A stretch of 63,156 nucleotides of DNA, the filler included, from Nemertoderma westbladi (taxonomy: Eukaryota; Animalia; Xenacoelomorpha): assembly GCA_032718475.1 (NCBI GenBank). It is 3 parts of 3 records of this genome, joined end to end, with 100 filler letters (N's around TTAATTAATTAA, not from the genome) between each part and the next. Parts side by side here need not be neighbours in the genome. Positions count along the whole stretch, not along the records: positions 1 to 24,833 come from JAUCBJ010001805.1; 2 more parts are not named here. One strand, written 5' to 3'. A model generated the notes under the pieces. That model was not told where the DNA came from and did no database searches. It saw only the letters and a program-made list of their open reading frames with translations. The translations under genes were made by a program, and so were the position numbers. This document shows, piece by piece, positions 1 to 11,175 of the stretch (within the stretch, counting starts at the first letter, position 1; each line of letters starts with the position of its first letter).

Positions 1-2949
1 CCATTGGATGCTAGGAAAGTTGAAGGTGTTCCTCTTTGGCGTCGATTTTCTCCAGCACAAGAACGGCATGCTCGAGAGTATTTGTCATCGGATTTTATAC
101 ACCATAATACAGAGATGTTTAATATCCGTCCACCAGAGTTGCTCGCTATAAAGAAACTTGCTCTATATCATGAGATTGTAGTTCCTAATAAAGGAAGGTT
201 CAGTGGAAACAGCGATATATTTCTTTGCGATCCTTTGACAATACCTCTTTATGATGGCTGTGGTAACAATATTAAATTGAGACGATCTGGAATCAAAAAA
301 CTTAGAGCTTATGTTAACACACTTGGAGAAATACAGGAACCGGTTATTATTCAATGTAGTTTAGATTTCCTTCATTGCCTCCTCATTCGCCTGGACACAG
401 AAGCCAATGCAGAAGAACGGCCAACAACTAAAATATTTGTAGATGAAAGTGAAAGTGGTGAAGTTATACCAGTAGTGAAAGATGTACATCCAAGGGAACG
501 AATTAAATTCATATACCATATTATACTAGCATTAGGTACTTATGAGACAGAATTTGATATATTCGATAATACCACAGGTTTCCGTATACCATTCCAACGT
601 GTAGGACTTATTCGAGACTCAAATAATATAGTTCAAGAGGAAATTACAGCAGTTCTTAGGCGATATCTTGATGAGCTCTGCATCCATCTCCCTCTCCGTA
701 AAAGACAATTCCAAGAATACGTCAAACTGTCCAAAGAAGCCATCGATTCTGTACTGGGTGGAGGTGAGGAATATACCAGTGATCTCCCAGATGTTTCCGA
801 AATAGCCATAAAGGAGAAGGCCGAGGAGGTTATTAACATTATTGAGATGGAGCGTCGTACAACATTGGCAAAGAATCTTATTGGTGCCATGGCTCCCAAG
901 ATGGATGATGTACCTAATATAACCGAAGTGGTAGGAGCTACAGTTGAAAGTCCAATATTCTGGGATCCTATTTTACCAACAGTTCCTCATCAGTCAGAGG
1001 CCAGCATTATTGAGCAGGGTATTGCTCTCAACAAGGCAAAGAATACAATTGACGAATTCAAGGATCCAACACACCTTTCCAATCGTTTTCCATGCTTTGT
1101 TGGCCCACCAGGAGCAGGTAAGACCTTTCTAGTGCAAGCAGTTTCCCTCTATGCTATGTGTTGTGGATTGAATGTGGTATTGACATCTTTAACATCTGAA
1201 AGGGCACGTTCACTAGGAGGAATTCACTTACACCAGTTATTTCCCTTAGAGGTTACCAAGAAAAAACTTTCACCTGACTCAATGGCATCACATACTATTA
1301 AGGCGCTACAACGTTCTGACGCTAAAAAAATGGTTCTATTACAAAGAATGGATGTTTTAGTTATTGAGGAGATTGGACTAATTTCTGCAGAACAGTATGG
1401 TGTTTTGGATACAGTAATGAAGCATATAATGAACACAGACCAACCTTTTGGAGGTAAACTTGTGATTGCAAATGGAGACCCATACCAACTACCCCCCATT
1501 GATGGAAAACCATTCTGGACATCAATCCATTTAGGAACTGCATTTAAGGTAATACTACTAAAAGAATATGTTCGATGCGCAGCAGACCCTAACCTACAGT
1601 TTGTCCTCGAGGCGATCCGCTCCCCAATTATTCCCCCAGATGTTATAGAAGATATAGTCATGATCATTTCTAATAATGCCAAATTTCCACCAACATGGGA
1701 CGATGTACCAGAGCATGCCATGCGTGTTGTTTCAACTAAATTAGGAGAACAAGAAGTAATAAAACACTTTCTTGAGGAGAAGGTTCGTGAACCTGGCATT
1801 GTTGTTCAGCATATGACAGCAGTAGATGAAGTTTACGATAACTTGCGATGGAAGCCAGCTACAGGTTATTCCAAAACTCGGATCGATCGTATCAGCTTGG
1901 AGCCTGAGGAATTACTTGTATTTGTTGGAGCAGTTCTTCGTCTTACATATAATAAAAGTGTTGGGAATGTAAAGTTTTCACAAGGTCAGCTTGGTATTGT
2001 TGTGGTCCTACCCGAAAATCCACAGAGTGAAGATGCTACCATTACTCTTCGCCTCGTTCCTCCAGGAGAGCGTGACCTTACTATTCAGGGTTCAGAAGAT
2101 TGGCCTATATTTGAGGTAAGGAGGCGGTACACAGCAGATGAAATAGTGGGCGCAGGTCTTATGAAAGGTCACCGATTTCAATTTCCTCTCCGGTATTATA
2201 AAGCAAATACAATCCATCGAATAATGGGAGATCAATGTCCACTTATGGCTACAGAAGTAAATAATATTGAAACAGCAAGGAAACACCTCCGCCTATGGGA
2301 GCGATCACAGCTAAATGTATTACTCTCCCGTGTATTACTACTTACTACACTTTACTTTGTTGGTATAAAACTACAGACTTTGTCAACGATAAGACTACTG
2401 CTTCATAAGGAGGACAAGTGGGCGGCATATATCACCTCACGTCTTGCGGCTATTACTGGGGTTGCCTTTCAAAACTTTCAACCAAATACTGACTTTCCCT
2501 ATACCTTCCGAAGTATGGAAATTCCTGAATATATTGCGGGTGTTGTCTATATACTTATATCAACAAAATTCCCGAATGTGTCATATGTAGGTCAAACTAA
2601 AAGGCACCTTATTACGAGACTACGAGAACATAACCGAGGCGATGGAAGCATTTTTACACGAAACACCCAATTTATGCCATGGGTACCTCTGGCATTTATA
2701 CACGGTTTCCCAGTGGATGCGAGTGAAGATGATCTAAAAGACATGCGGCTGCAAGTTGAAAGATATATACATAGAGGAACTAGTTATCATACACTACCAG
2801 AGGAAGTACTACTCACAGCACTAAAAGTTGCACAGGAATATGCCATTCAACCAAGTAGTTGGAATTTACAGTTGGAACGACTAGGACGCCTTGGCTCTAA
2901 TCAAACTGGTGTTGGGCGAACCATATTTGAAGATGCAGATCAACTTTAG
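1..2949 (+). CDS. C-terminal part of Helitron-like Rep-helicase: Pif1/SF1B helicase followed by GIY-YIG nuclease (5'-partial; continues the ORF at 20055-24833)
   Basis: 981-aa open frame. Walker A GPPGAGKT; Walker B-like VLVIEEIG; motif III GDPYQLPPI; EYVRC; FQFPLRYYKANTIHRIMG (cf. Pif1 QFPL..A.A.TIHKSQG); QLNVLLSRV (cf. GQ.YVALSR). C-terminus GVVYILIS...SYVGQTK...RLREHNRGDGSIFT...PW...IHGFP is a GIY-YIG signature. Confidence 0.9.
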   Translation, partial: PLDARKVEGVPLWRRFSPAQERHAREYLSSDFIHHNTEMFNIRPPELLAIKKLALYHEIVVPNKGRFSGNSDIFLCDPLTIPLYDGCGNNIKLRRSGIKKLRAYVNTLGEIQEPVIIQCSLDFLHCLLIRLDTEANAEERPTTKIFVDESESGEVIPVVKDVHPRERIKFIYHIILALGTYETEFDIFDNTTGFRIPFQRVGLIRDSNNIVQEEITAVLRRYLDELCIHLPLRKRQFQEYVKLSKEAIDSVLGGGEEYTSDLPDVSEIAIKEKAEEVINIIEMERRTTLAKNLIGAMAPKMDDVPNITEVVGATVESPIFWDPILPTVPHQSEASIIEQGIALNKAKNTIDEFKDPTHLSNRFPCFVGPPGAGKTFLVQAVSLYAMCCGLNVVLTSLTSERARSLGGIHLHQLFPLEVTKKKLSPDSMASHTIKALQRSDAKKMVLLQRMDVLVIEEIGLISAEQYGVLDTVMKHIMNTDQPFGGKLVIANGDPYQLPPIDGKPFWTSIHLGTAFKVILLKEYVRCAADPNLQFVLEAIRSPIIPPDVIEDIVMIISNNAKFPPTWDDVPEHAMRVVSTKLGEQEVIKHFLEEKVREPGIVVQHMTAVDEVYDNLRWKPATGYSKTRIDRISLEPEELLVFVGAVLRLTYNKSVGNVKFSQGQLGIVVVLPENPQSEDATITLRLVPPGERDLTIQGSEDWPIFEVRRRYTADEIVGAGLMKGHRFQFPLRYYKANTIHRIMGDQCPLMATEVNNIETARKHLRLWERSQLNVLLSRVLLLTTLYFVGIKLQTLSTIRLLLHKEDKWAAYITSRLAAITGVAFQNFQPNTDFPYTFRSMEIPEYIAGVVYILISTKFPNVSYVGQTKRHLITRLREHNRGDGSIFTRNTQFMPWVPLAFIHGFPVDASEDDLKDMRLQVERYIHRGTSYHTLPEEVLLTALKVAQEYAIQPSSWNLQLERLGRLGSNQTGVGRTIFEDADQL

Positions 2950-3184
2950 TACAAACCAGAAATCTAGTAGTAAACTGAATCATTTTATATATTTTCTCCC
3001 ATTTGTTGTGATTTTTATGTATTAAATTATTATTGAAGTTAATGGTGTACATACATAGATTCACATGGTAGAGAACAAGTATCTATCAATGTTTACTTTT
3101 ATATATATATATATATATATTCATGTCCTGTCCAAGCTCGCTTGACCTACTAGTGGTAGTAGTAGTATATTATAATCATATTGC

Positions 3185-3720
3185 AATCTGGAAAGTTTCA
3201 TGATAAATCATTCTATACATGGTGCATGAGACTAAAAAAATAAAATGCTATTCTGGAAAGTTTCATGATAAATCATTTTATACATGGTGCATGAAACCAA
3301 AAATAATATGCCATCTGGAAACGTCCATGACAAATAAAGACAAAGCTTGCTGCCAATCTAATCCCTCTAATAATTCATGACCTAGTCATTTATTGAGATC
3401 ATTGCTCCAACATAAGCATGCAGTGATTAAGAATGGGATATAGTTGAAATAAGCAGGCAGCCCATGAGATTAATACAAACTCATGAGACACTGGACAAGT
3501 ACCTCCTATCTATTTCCTCTTATAATTCATGACATAGTCATTTATTGAGATCACTGCTTCCAACTGAAGCATGAATTGATTAAGAAATGAATATAGATGA
3601 AATAAGCAGGCAGCTAATAATTCATGACATAGTCATTTATTGAGATCACTGCTTCCAACTGAAGCATAAATTGATTAAGAAATGAATATAGATGAAATAA
3701 GCAGGCATGACATTAACACA
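3185..3720. repeat. Degenerate local tandem repeats
   Basis: TCTGGAAAGTTTCATGATAAATCATT-like motif two to three times; TAATTCATGACATAGTCATTTATTGAGATCA...GAAATAAGCAGGCA block three times. Confidence 0.7.
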
Positions 3721-4289
3721 AGCTTATGACCCACCAAAACTGATATCACAAAATATATTTATCACTCATTTATGCATTAAATGGTTGGTTGTAGATTATT
3801 AATTAATAAGTATATATTATTTGGTTATAAAATTCTTTTTGTCTGAGCTCGCATGACATAGTAGTAGTATTTTTAGTAGTATAGCAGACTTCATCCTTGA
3901 GTTTGTTACTATTTATTATAGTTATATTATATATTATTAGTTTATTATTTTTTAATTTCCTGCCTTCCCCTGCTCTTTCTTGACCCCTGCCTCCCTGTAT
4001 CCGTCTGTCTGCCGATGTGAAGAATACCAGATTTCTACTTTCCGGTTTGAATTTTATGGAAATTTTATATATAAAGAAGTTGTATTTGACAAATTTAATC
4101 TTATTAAATGTTTTATAGCGTTTCTATCTTATTACCTGTACAAATACTAATTATTTTAACGTTTTGGTTTGATTAAACCATTCTGTTAGTGAAAACCTGG
4201 TATTCATCACATGGGGGCTTATGTCCACAACCCTTTTTTGTCGTAGTCCCTTCCCTTGGACTGAAGACTGAAGAAAGATAGAAGCCTGA

Positions 4290-4542
4290 AGAATAAAGAT
4301 AGATAAGATGAGATAGGATAGGATAAAACAAGATAGGATAAGATAAGACTGGAAAGAAGAAAGAAGAAAGAAGCAAGAAGAAAGAAGAAAGAAGCAAGAA
4401 GAAAGAAGCAAGAAGAAAGAAGATACGATACAATACGATACGATACGACACGACACGATATGATAAAGATAAGATAAGATAAGATAGGATAGGATAGGAT
4501 ATGATAGGATAAGATAAGATGAGATAAGATAAGAAGAAAGAA
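4290..4542. repeat. Compound microsatellite (GATAA/GATAG/GAAGAAA/GATAC)n
   Basis: Directly visible; it produces the spurious overlapping ORFs at 4151-4650. Confidence 0.9.
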
Positions 4543-4930
4543 GACTCGATATTCGACTTTCTTTTCTTGGACCCTTCGCCTTGGTCCGCTTCCTTGTGGG
4601 ACCCTTCCTTCGTGGTCACCCAATGTATTTGGCACGCATTTTATAAACATAGCATTATATGGACATGTGAAATGTATGTAATTTAGTGAATTTCAAAGGA
4701 TCTACTTGGCACAAACCCTTTGGTTTTCGAACCTTTGGCTGTATGACTGATGCGCATGCCCTGTGTTATTGTAGCTTTTCACTCTGTTAACAAACCATTA
4801 TTTCGCATATCCATACATTGCTATGTTTATAAAATGACTGCTGGGTACATTGTCTATCCTCATCCTGGACGTAGCCGCATCCTACCAGACCTCCGCTAGC
4901 GGAAGCGGGACACCCTTTGCTAGATCCCAG

Positions 4931-4982
4931 GTGTCCAGTACATGGCAGTACTGCTGATGAGTCCTGATGCCGGACGAAACAC
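4931..4982 (+). ncRNA. Type III hammerhead ribozyme (predicted cleavage after GUC, C4935)
   Basis: GTGTC | stem I CAGTAC-ATGGCA-GTACTG | CTGATGA | stem II GTCC-TGATGCC-GGAC | GAA | ACAC pairing with GTGT (stem III). All core nucleotides present. Loop I GGCA is complementary to loop II TGCC. Confidence 0.88.
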
Positions 4983-5332
4983 ATTATGATTTAATATTTT
5001 TTTTATTTATTATTAAATTATAATAATAATATAATTTAAAAGTTTTTTGCCTGGCTTCAAGACTTTATTATAACTATATATTTAATGATTCTACTAGACT
5101 TAATACTATGGTGATATTCTACTGCATTTAAACAACAAAGAAGGACACAATTCTACCAAACTTAAACCAATCAGATGATGTCACAATTCTACCAAACATA
5201 GACGAACCAGAACAATGGCATGATTCTACCAAGCTTATAATAATCATGAGATGGAGCAATTTGGACAAATAAGTTTAGTAAAAAACATACATTTAACTTT
5301 ATCCATATTAATAATTATGGGGGGGGGGGCCT

Positions 5333-5361
5333 TGCGCCTGTGTCAGCAGGACACAGGCGCA
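5333..5361. other. Perfect 12-bp GC-rich hairpin, candidate rolling-circle terminal signal
   Basis: TGCGCCTGTGTC-AGCAG-GACACAGGCGCA in otherwise very AT-rich DNA. Confidence 0.5.
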
Positions 5362-5610
5362 GTTATTGCATATGTCCGATTATACAATTACGCAAGTAAG
5401 TTATATAGACTAACCCATGTATCTTAAAAATGAAATTTTTTAGAAATTAATTATTATAAAGTTATTTTTCTTATTGTATATATCAATTTATTATAATTTT
5501 CTCATGATTTGGATATTTTTTTTTTAAGAATAATGAAATATTTAATTTAATTTAATAATTTATTAAAGTAATTTGTAATCTTCATGATTAATGAAGTAAT
5601 TCTTGCAACA

Positions 5611-5632
5611 GTGGAGTATGCGTATACTCCAC
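5611..5632. other. 9-bp stem hairpin
   Basis: GTGGAGTAT-GCGT-ATACTCCAC. Confidence 0.45.
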
Positions 5633-6774
5633 CATCTCTGGATGGGTTGGTGTAGGATGGAGTCCTCCAGGACGACAGTACTGGCTCTAAGCATTGGTGC
5701 AACACCATTTTTTTTATAATTTTCAGGGCTCCCCGACGACTATGCCATCTTGGCTTCTGGAGAGAACGGCTGAAGGGTTTGGGCTGAAATTTGGCATGGA
5801 GGGTCCATAGGCATTTATAATAGCCAGGAGTTTTTTTGGGCGCGAACCGTACATGAGATCTTGGAAAAGTGCTATTTTATGTACTACATTTTGTAAATAT
5901 TCATCACAATTTGTCAATATTCATCCGCGGGATCATTCTACATAGTGTGTTTTTTAACAGTATCTATGACGACATCTAAAACAATGGCCAATCTGCATAC
6001 AGTATAGAATTGGAAGCTAAATCGCACTACCACTGTTCCAGTTGTTGTATTCCCTTGGAAACTGTACGAATTATGAATAGCTGGCTTTATGTTTATTATG
6101 TGTAGGCATTACTGCATTAATTAATAAATATACTGTAGTTACGGTGTTACGTAATCAGTATGTGTAGGCTGTATGCATAGAATTTAATTTACTACCGCAT
6201 AGCTATAGGCTGTCAGCATTGCCTGAATTACTGCATGCACAGATTTATTTAATAGCTATAATAAATTATTGCCACTGAAACTGTCAGATGGTGTTGCAAG
6301 TGCCTACCACGGTAAATCAGATACGGTAATACTGCAGTGTATTTATTTGTAGTAGGCCTTTTAGAATAACTTGAAATAATATATAAACGGCCTCTCAGGC
6401 AACGCCAGTCAGTCAGTCAGGTCAGCAGGTAGCTAGCTATATTTAAATAATAATTCATAATTATTGTACATACCGCATGTCTGCCAGTAGGCCTAAAGCT
6501 CTGTTATGGGAATTATTATTGTTATTATGTCGCTGTACAGGCTGTTTAGAATTAGTGCATTTGCTTACAATGCCGGCAGTTCTGCATTTGACCCCATTTC
6601 GTTAATATTGTAGTGTAGGCCTACCAGATCAAGTGGCATGGGATCGTGGTTATTTAGCTAGTACAGACTGACAGAGCACAGATATTAATTTATTAGTTAA
6701 AATTAATTATGTTGAAGGATTCTGCACTTTGTATAAATAGTTATATGTCATAAGCATGTGAGGGGGTGGGGGGT

Positions 6775-7600
6775 TTACCCCCCCCCCCCCCCCTAACTTT
6801 TTGCAGCCTTCTATAAAAAAAAGAACAAACGGCGCTGTTTTTTCTGTGTTCAGTTCACTACCGCAATGCATTTTGACCCGGTTCTACAATAATTACACAT
6901 TATTGGTGCGATTTAATATCGACTCAAACCATCCACAGAATACGGCGCGGTTCACCAACTCGGATCCACCAAACAACAACACAGTTTAGACGCGGATGGA
7001 TCAATAAAATCGGCGCGGTTTCAACCGCAATTAAAACCAACCCGACGCAATACAACCAAACATTGTTGCGGTTCGCACAGACTCGGATACACTATGGACC
7101 ACGCGGTTTAGTTTAGGATCAATAATAAATGGAACAGTTTCAACCGCAATGAAACCAATCATAATGGATATTATTGGAAACCAAAAGACCACCGCCCCGT
7201 CGCCACCCCCCCCCCCCCCCCCCCCCACCCCCCTAAGTTTTACAGCCTTCTTTAATAACAGAATAAACGGCGCTGTTTTGATTCACCGAGTTCTGTGCAA
7301 CAAACAATGCGTCGACTCAAGCGACCATTGGTTCTACAATTTTTTACTTTTTTTTAGCAGAATCGGACGAAACGATAAAGAATTCGGCGCGGTTCACTCA
7401 GACTTGGATCCATCAGGCATCAACGCGATTTAGACGCGGATCAATAAGAAAACTGAGCGGTTTCAACCGCAAAATATGCAACCATAAAACGGATCAACCG
7501 ACCCAAGCCATCAGCTATCCGGGATTCGGCGCGGTTCACTCAGACTCGGTGCATCAACGCGGTTTGACGCGGATCAGTATACAGACGGAGCGGTTTCATC
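6775..7600. repeat. Degenerate GC-rich tandem repeat with poly-C tracts
   Basis: Recurring CGGCGCGGTTCACTCAGACTCGGATCCA / GACGCGGATCAATAA motifs; the poly-C...CAGCCTTCT...AAACGGCGCTGTTTT block occurs at ~6780 and ~7210. Confidence 0.65.
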
Positions 7601-8307
7601 CTCAATTAATCCATAATCCGTTATCATCATGTTATCGAATAATTTAAGTTTTAGTATCTTTAGAAATCGTTATAATCGTTAATGTTAATATTGTAAATTA
7701 GTTTTAAAATATGACATAGTTACAATAGTGAAAAAAGTTATCTCAAGTGCAAATTGGTCACAGATGTTATTAATTTGCATTTATTGTTTTGGTTAGAAAA
7801 TACCACCACGGCAAGCTGCTCCTTTCCCGTAATGTTTAAAGATAAATTATATTTTATTATACCCATAAAACACACAGTTGTTATTTGCGGTCTTGTTCAA
7901 CCATTATCTCCAAAATATTCAGTATTTATTTCATTCTGCTGTTACAAGAGCTATTAACATTGTTTCTCACCCTTTTATAATAAATTGTAATAAACATTCG
8001 TCTGTAACATCTGGTCATGTTAAAAATTTGTTGAGTAAAGGGTATCTCTTAGTGATCGACAAAATCTCATCTTAAATTTATACTTTCTGTTTGTTTTTCC
8101 GTTTATATTGAACGGACTGTATCGGTGACAATGTGCTGTATTCGAAAAAATATGGTGGTGTGAGTGATTTGAGCTTATACTGTGGGCTAAGGTACATAAG
8201 TCTAACCAGCTGCCTTCCGTTTATGTCATGTATTCTAGTCATATATCAATAGAGAAGTTTATATTCTAGAATAAATATATGCCTACGGACGGATATTACT
8301 ATAAACT

Positions 8308-9026
8308 CGTCCCTGTCTTGAAAGAACAACACAAGCGACCCATTTTTCAAAAAACACCTTTTTATTGTTTCTGACTAATTAGAGAGCGCCCTCTACCGAT
8401 CAATCGCGGTCTCGAACAACGGTTTTGAAGTTATAGGCCTGACCGTAACAACTCAAGCGACATGTTTTTAGGTTGATCTAATGATAGGCCAATTTTTTTT
8501 ATAACAACCTAAGCGACAACTTTTTATGTATATTTCCATAGTAATCATATGGGACTATCCAGTGGGATAATACAAAAAGGCCATTGTTTTATAATGTGTT
8601 TTATGCTGCATAGTGAAACTTTATATACCTTACTAACGAATTAGTCATGTCTGTTGAAGTTGAAATAGCTGAAAACTGGTTCTCATTTATCTACCAATTA
8701 AGGATGCAAGGTAGAGATGCGCCTTGGTCAGTCCCCTTCAAGCATTCGTGTCGAAACGAAAACTGCCCTGGTCCCCATGCAGGAATCGAACCCACGACCA
8801 GCAGATCGCCGAGAATTCGAAGCAATGGATATTTTTTTACATTTTATCTTAAGAGATAATGTCAAAAAATACAAACAAACATTACAGGTCAAAAGTATAA
8901 ACAGTGCTGAACATTTTAGTCGAAAACACAATAAAAAATAACTAAAATCCTAATTTTAAGCAACAAATCGTTGTTCCTGAACAATTTTGATTTTGGCGCT
9001 TGTGTTCTTCTTTCAAGACAGGGACG
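8308..9026. mobile_element. Non-autonomous TIR element (MITE) with 4-bp TSD
   Basis: TIRs CGTCCCTGTCTTGAAAGAACAACACAAGCG / CGCTTGTGTTCTTCTTTCAAGACAGGGACG, with AACT on both flanks (8304-8307, 9027-9030). Confidence 0.75.
8700..8832 (-). mobile_element. tRNA-derived SINE fragment nested in the MITE
   Basis: Minus-strand B-box GGTTCGATTCC; homologous to 11458-11611. Confidence 0.55.
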
Positions 9027-9739
9027 AACTATTTATTTATTAATTTTTTACGTAGCAACCGTATTGTTTACTGTTTTAAATAAAAGCCCAGTAAATTAAA
9101 TTATATAATTACAGTAGCTATAAAAAAAAGCGAAAATCAAAGAACAAGGTCTGTTCCTTTATTATTATTATCCGACTTGCGCCTCGGAGCGGCGGCTATA
9201 ATAGATTCATAATGAGTTAAAAGAACCACAGTAAACGGTTCGCATTAAGCTGCCCATGTTGGCCATATGGTGTATTGAAAATACAATAATTGGACTACGT
9301 AATATACAATCCAAGATATTTCAAATACTATATTCTTAACATTAATTAATTAAAATTAATTAAATAATAAATTTATTATCAATAGTTAAATAGCGCATTA
9401 TTCATAAAATTCGAAAATCAGTGAAGATGCCACGAGCGCCGCGCCCCCAGTATACAGTATTGTAACCATCTAATGCATGTCTAATTATTTATTATCTAAA
9501 TATTTTTTAACATAATAACTTTTATCATGACGTGCCTAATGTTTATTTAAATGCATTAAATTAAATGAATTCATCAAATCATTAAATTATCATCATTAAA
9601 TTGAATTTATCAAATGAATTAAATTCATATGTATATAATTTTGAACACTTGTTTATTTATTTTTGTAATTAACCTTTTATGTATATGTAACTTACTGCTA
9701 CAGTACTTAAAAAAATAAATATACACTGTAAATTTATAT

Positions 9740-11175
9740 CTTAACCTTTGTTCCACACTTAGTTTAATCAGTTAGTTTAACCGCTGTCCTAACCTTTTGT
9801 TCCTTAGTTTGTTTAACCGGTGTCCTAACCTTTGTTCCACAGCCCTTTTAATTAGTTAGTTTAACCGGTGTTCTAACCTTTGTTCCACATTTAGTTTAAT
9901 CAGTTAGTATTATTATTATTATTATTATCGTACATAATCATCGTAAACGCTGTCTTAACCTTTGTTTCTCAGGAAGTTTAACCGCTGTCCTAATCTTTGT
10001 TCCATCATTAGTTTAACCGCTGTCCTAACCTTTGTTAATCAGTTAGTTTAACCGGTTTTATAACCTTTGTTCCACAGTTAGTTTAACCGCTGTCCTAATC
10101 TTTGTTCCATCATTAGTTTAACCGCTGTCCTGACCTTTGTTAATCAGTTAGTTTAACCGGTTTTATAACCTTTGTTCCACAGTTAGTTTAACCGCTGTCC
10201 AATCCTTTGTTCATCAGTTAGTTTAACCGGGTTTCTAACTGTTGTCCCACAGTTAGTTTAATCAGTTAGTATAACCGCTGTCCTAACCTTTGTTCCGCAG
10301 TTAGTTTAACCGCTGTCCTAACCTTTGTTCATCAGTTAGTTTACCGGTTTTATAACCTTTGTTCCACAGTTAGTTTAACCGCTGTCCAATCCTTTGTTCA
10401 TCCGTTAATTTACCGGGTTTCTAACTGTTGTACCACAGTTAGTTTAATCAGTTAGTATAACCGCTGTCCTAACCTTTGTTCCGCAGTTAGTTTAACCTCT
10501 GTCCTAACCTTTGTTCATCAGTTAGTTTAACCGGTTTTATAACCTTTGTTCCACAGTTAGTTTAACCGCTGTCCAATCCTTTGTTCATCAGTTAGTTTAA
10601 CCGGGTTTCTAACTGTTGTCCCACAGTTAGTTTAATCAGTTAGTATAACCGCTGTCCTAACCTTTGTTCCGCAGTTAGTTTAACCGCTGTCCTAACCTTT
10701 GTTCATCAGTTAGTTTAACCGGTTTTATAACCTTTGTTCCACAGTTAGTTTAACCGCTGTCCTAACCTTTGTTCATCAGTTAGTTTAACCGGTTTTATAA
10801 CCTTTGTTCCACAGTTAGTTTAACCGCTGTCCTAACCTTTGTTCATCAGTTAGTTTAACCGGTTTTATAACCTTTGTTCCACAGTTAGTTTAACCGCTGT
10901 CCTAACCTTTGTTCATCAGTTAGTTTAACCGGTTTTATAACCTTTGTTCCACAGTTAGTTTAACCGCTTTCCTAACCTTTGTTCATCAGTTAGTTTAACC
11001 GGTTTTATAACCTTTGTTCCACAGTTAGTTTAACCGCTGTCCAATCCTTTGTTCATCAGTTAGTTTAACCGGGTTTCTAACTGTTGTCCCACAGTTAGTT
11101 TAATCAGTTAGTATAACCGCTGTCCTAACCTTTGTTCCGCAGTTAGTTTAACCGCTGCCCTAACCTCTGTTCCTC
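9740..11175. repeat. 35-bp minisatellite with 70-bp dimer and ~187-bp higher-order unit
   Basis: Alternating CAGTTAGTTTAACCGCTGTCCTAACCTTTGTTCAT and CAGTTAGTTTAACCGGTTTTATAACCTTTGTTCCA; a variant monomer recurs at ~10231, 10417, 10605 and 11073. Confidence 0.95.

Noticed and set aside
3133-3154. Canonical Helitron 3' end (CAAGC-TC-GCTTG then CTAG|T)
   Set aside because: The hairpin is only 4-5 bp and could be chance; no matching 5' TC end could be identified.
4151-4650. Three overlapping minus-strand ORFs
   Set aside because: They are translations of a microsatellite.
2539-4982. Penelope-like element as the source of GIY-YIG plus hammerhead
   Set aside because: No RT in this segment, the nuclease is in frame with the helicase and looks SLX1-like, and no pseudo-LTR repeat is seen. 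An ancient capture cannot be excluded.
5652-5685. Second, degenerate hammerhead (GGATGGA-GTCC-TCCA-GGAC-GACA)
   Set aside because: Core CUGANGA and GAAA are both broken, and stems I and III are not evident.
9740-11175. CRISPR-like appearance of the 35-bp array, and CTGATGA on its minus strand
   Set aside because: No unique spacers and no cas genes. The CTGATGA is not followed by a stem II and GAAA, so it is not a hammerhead.
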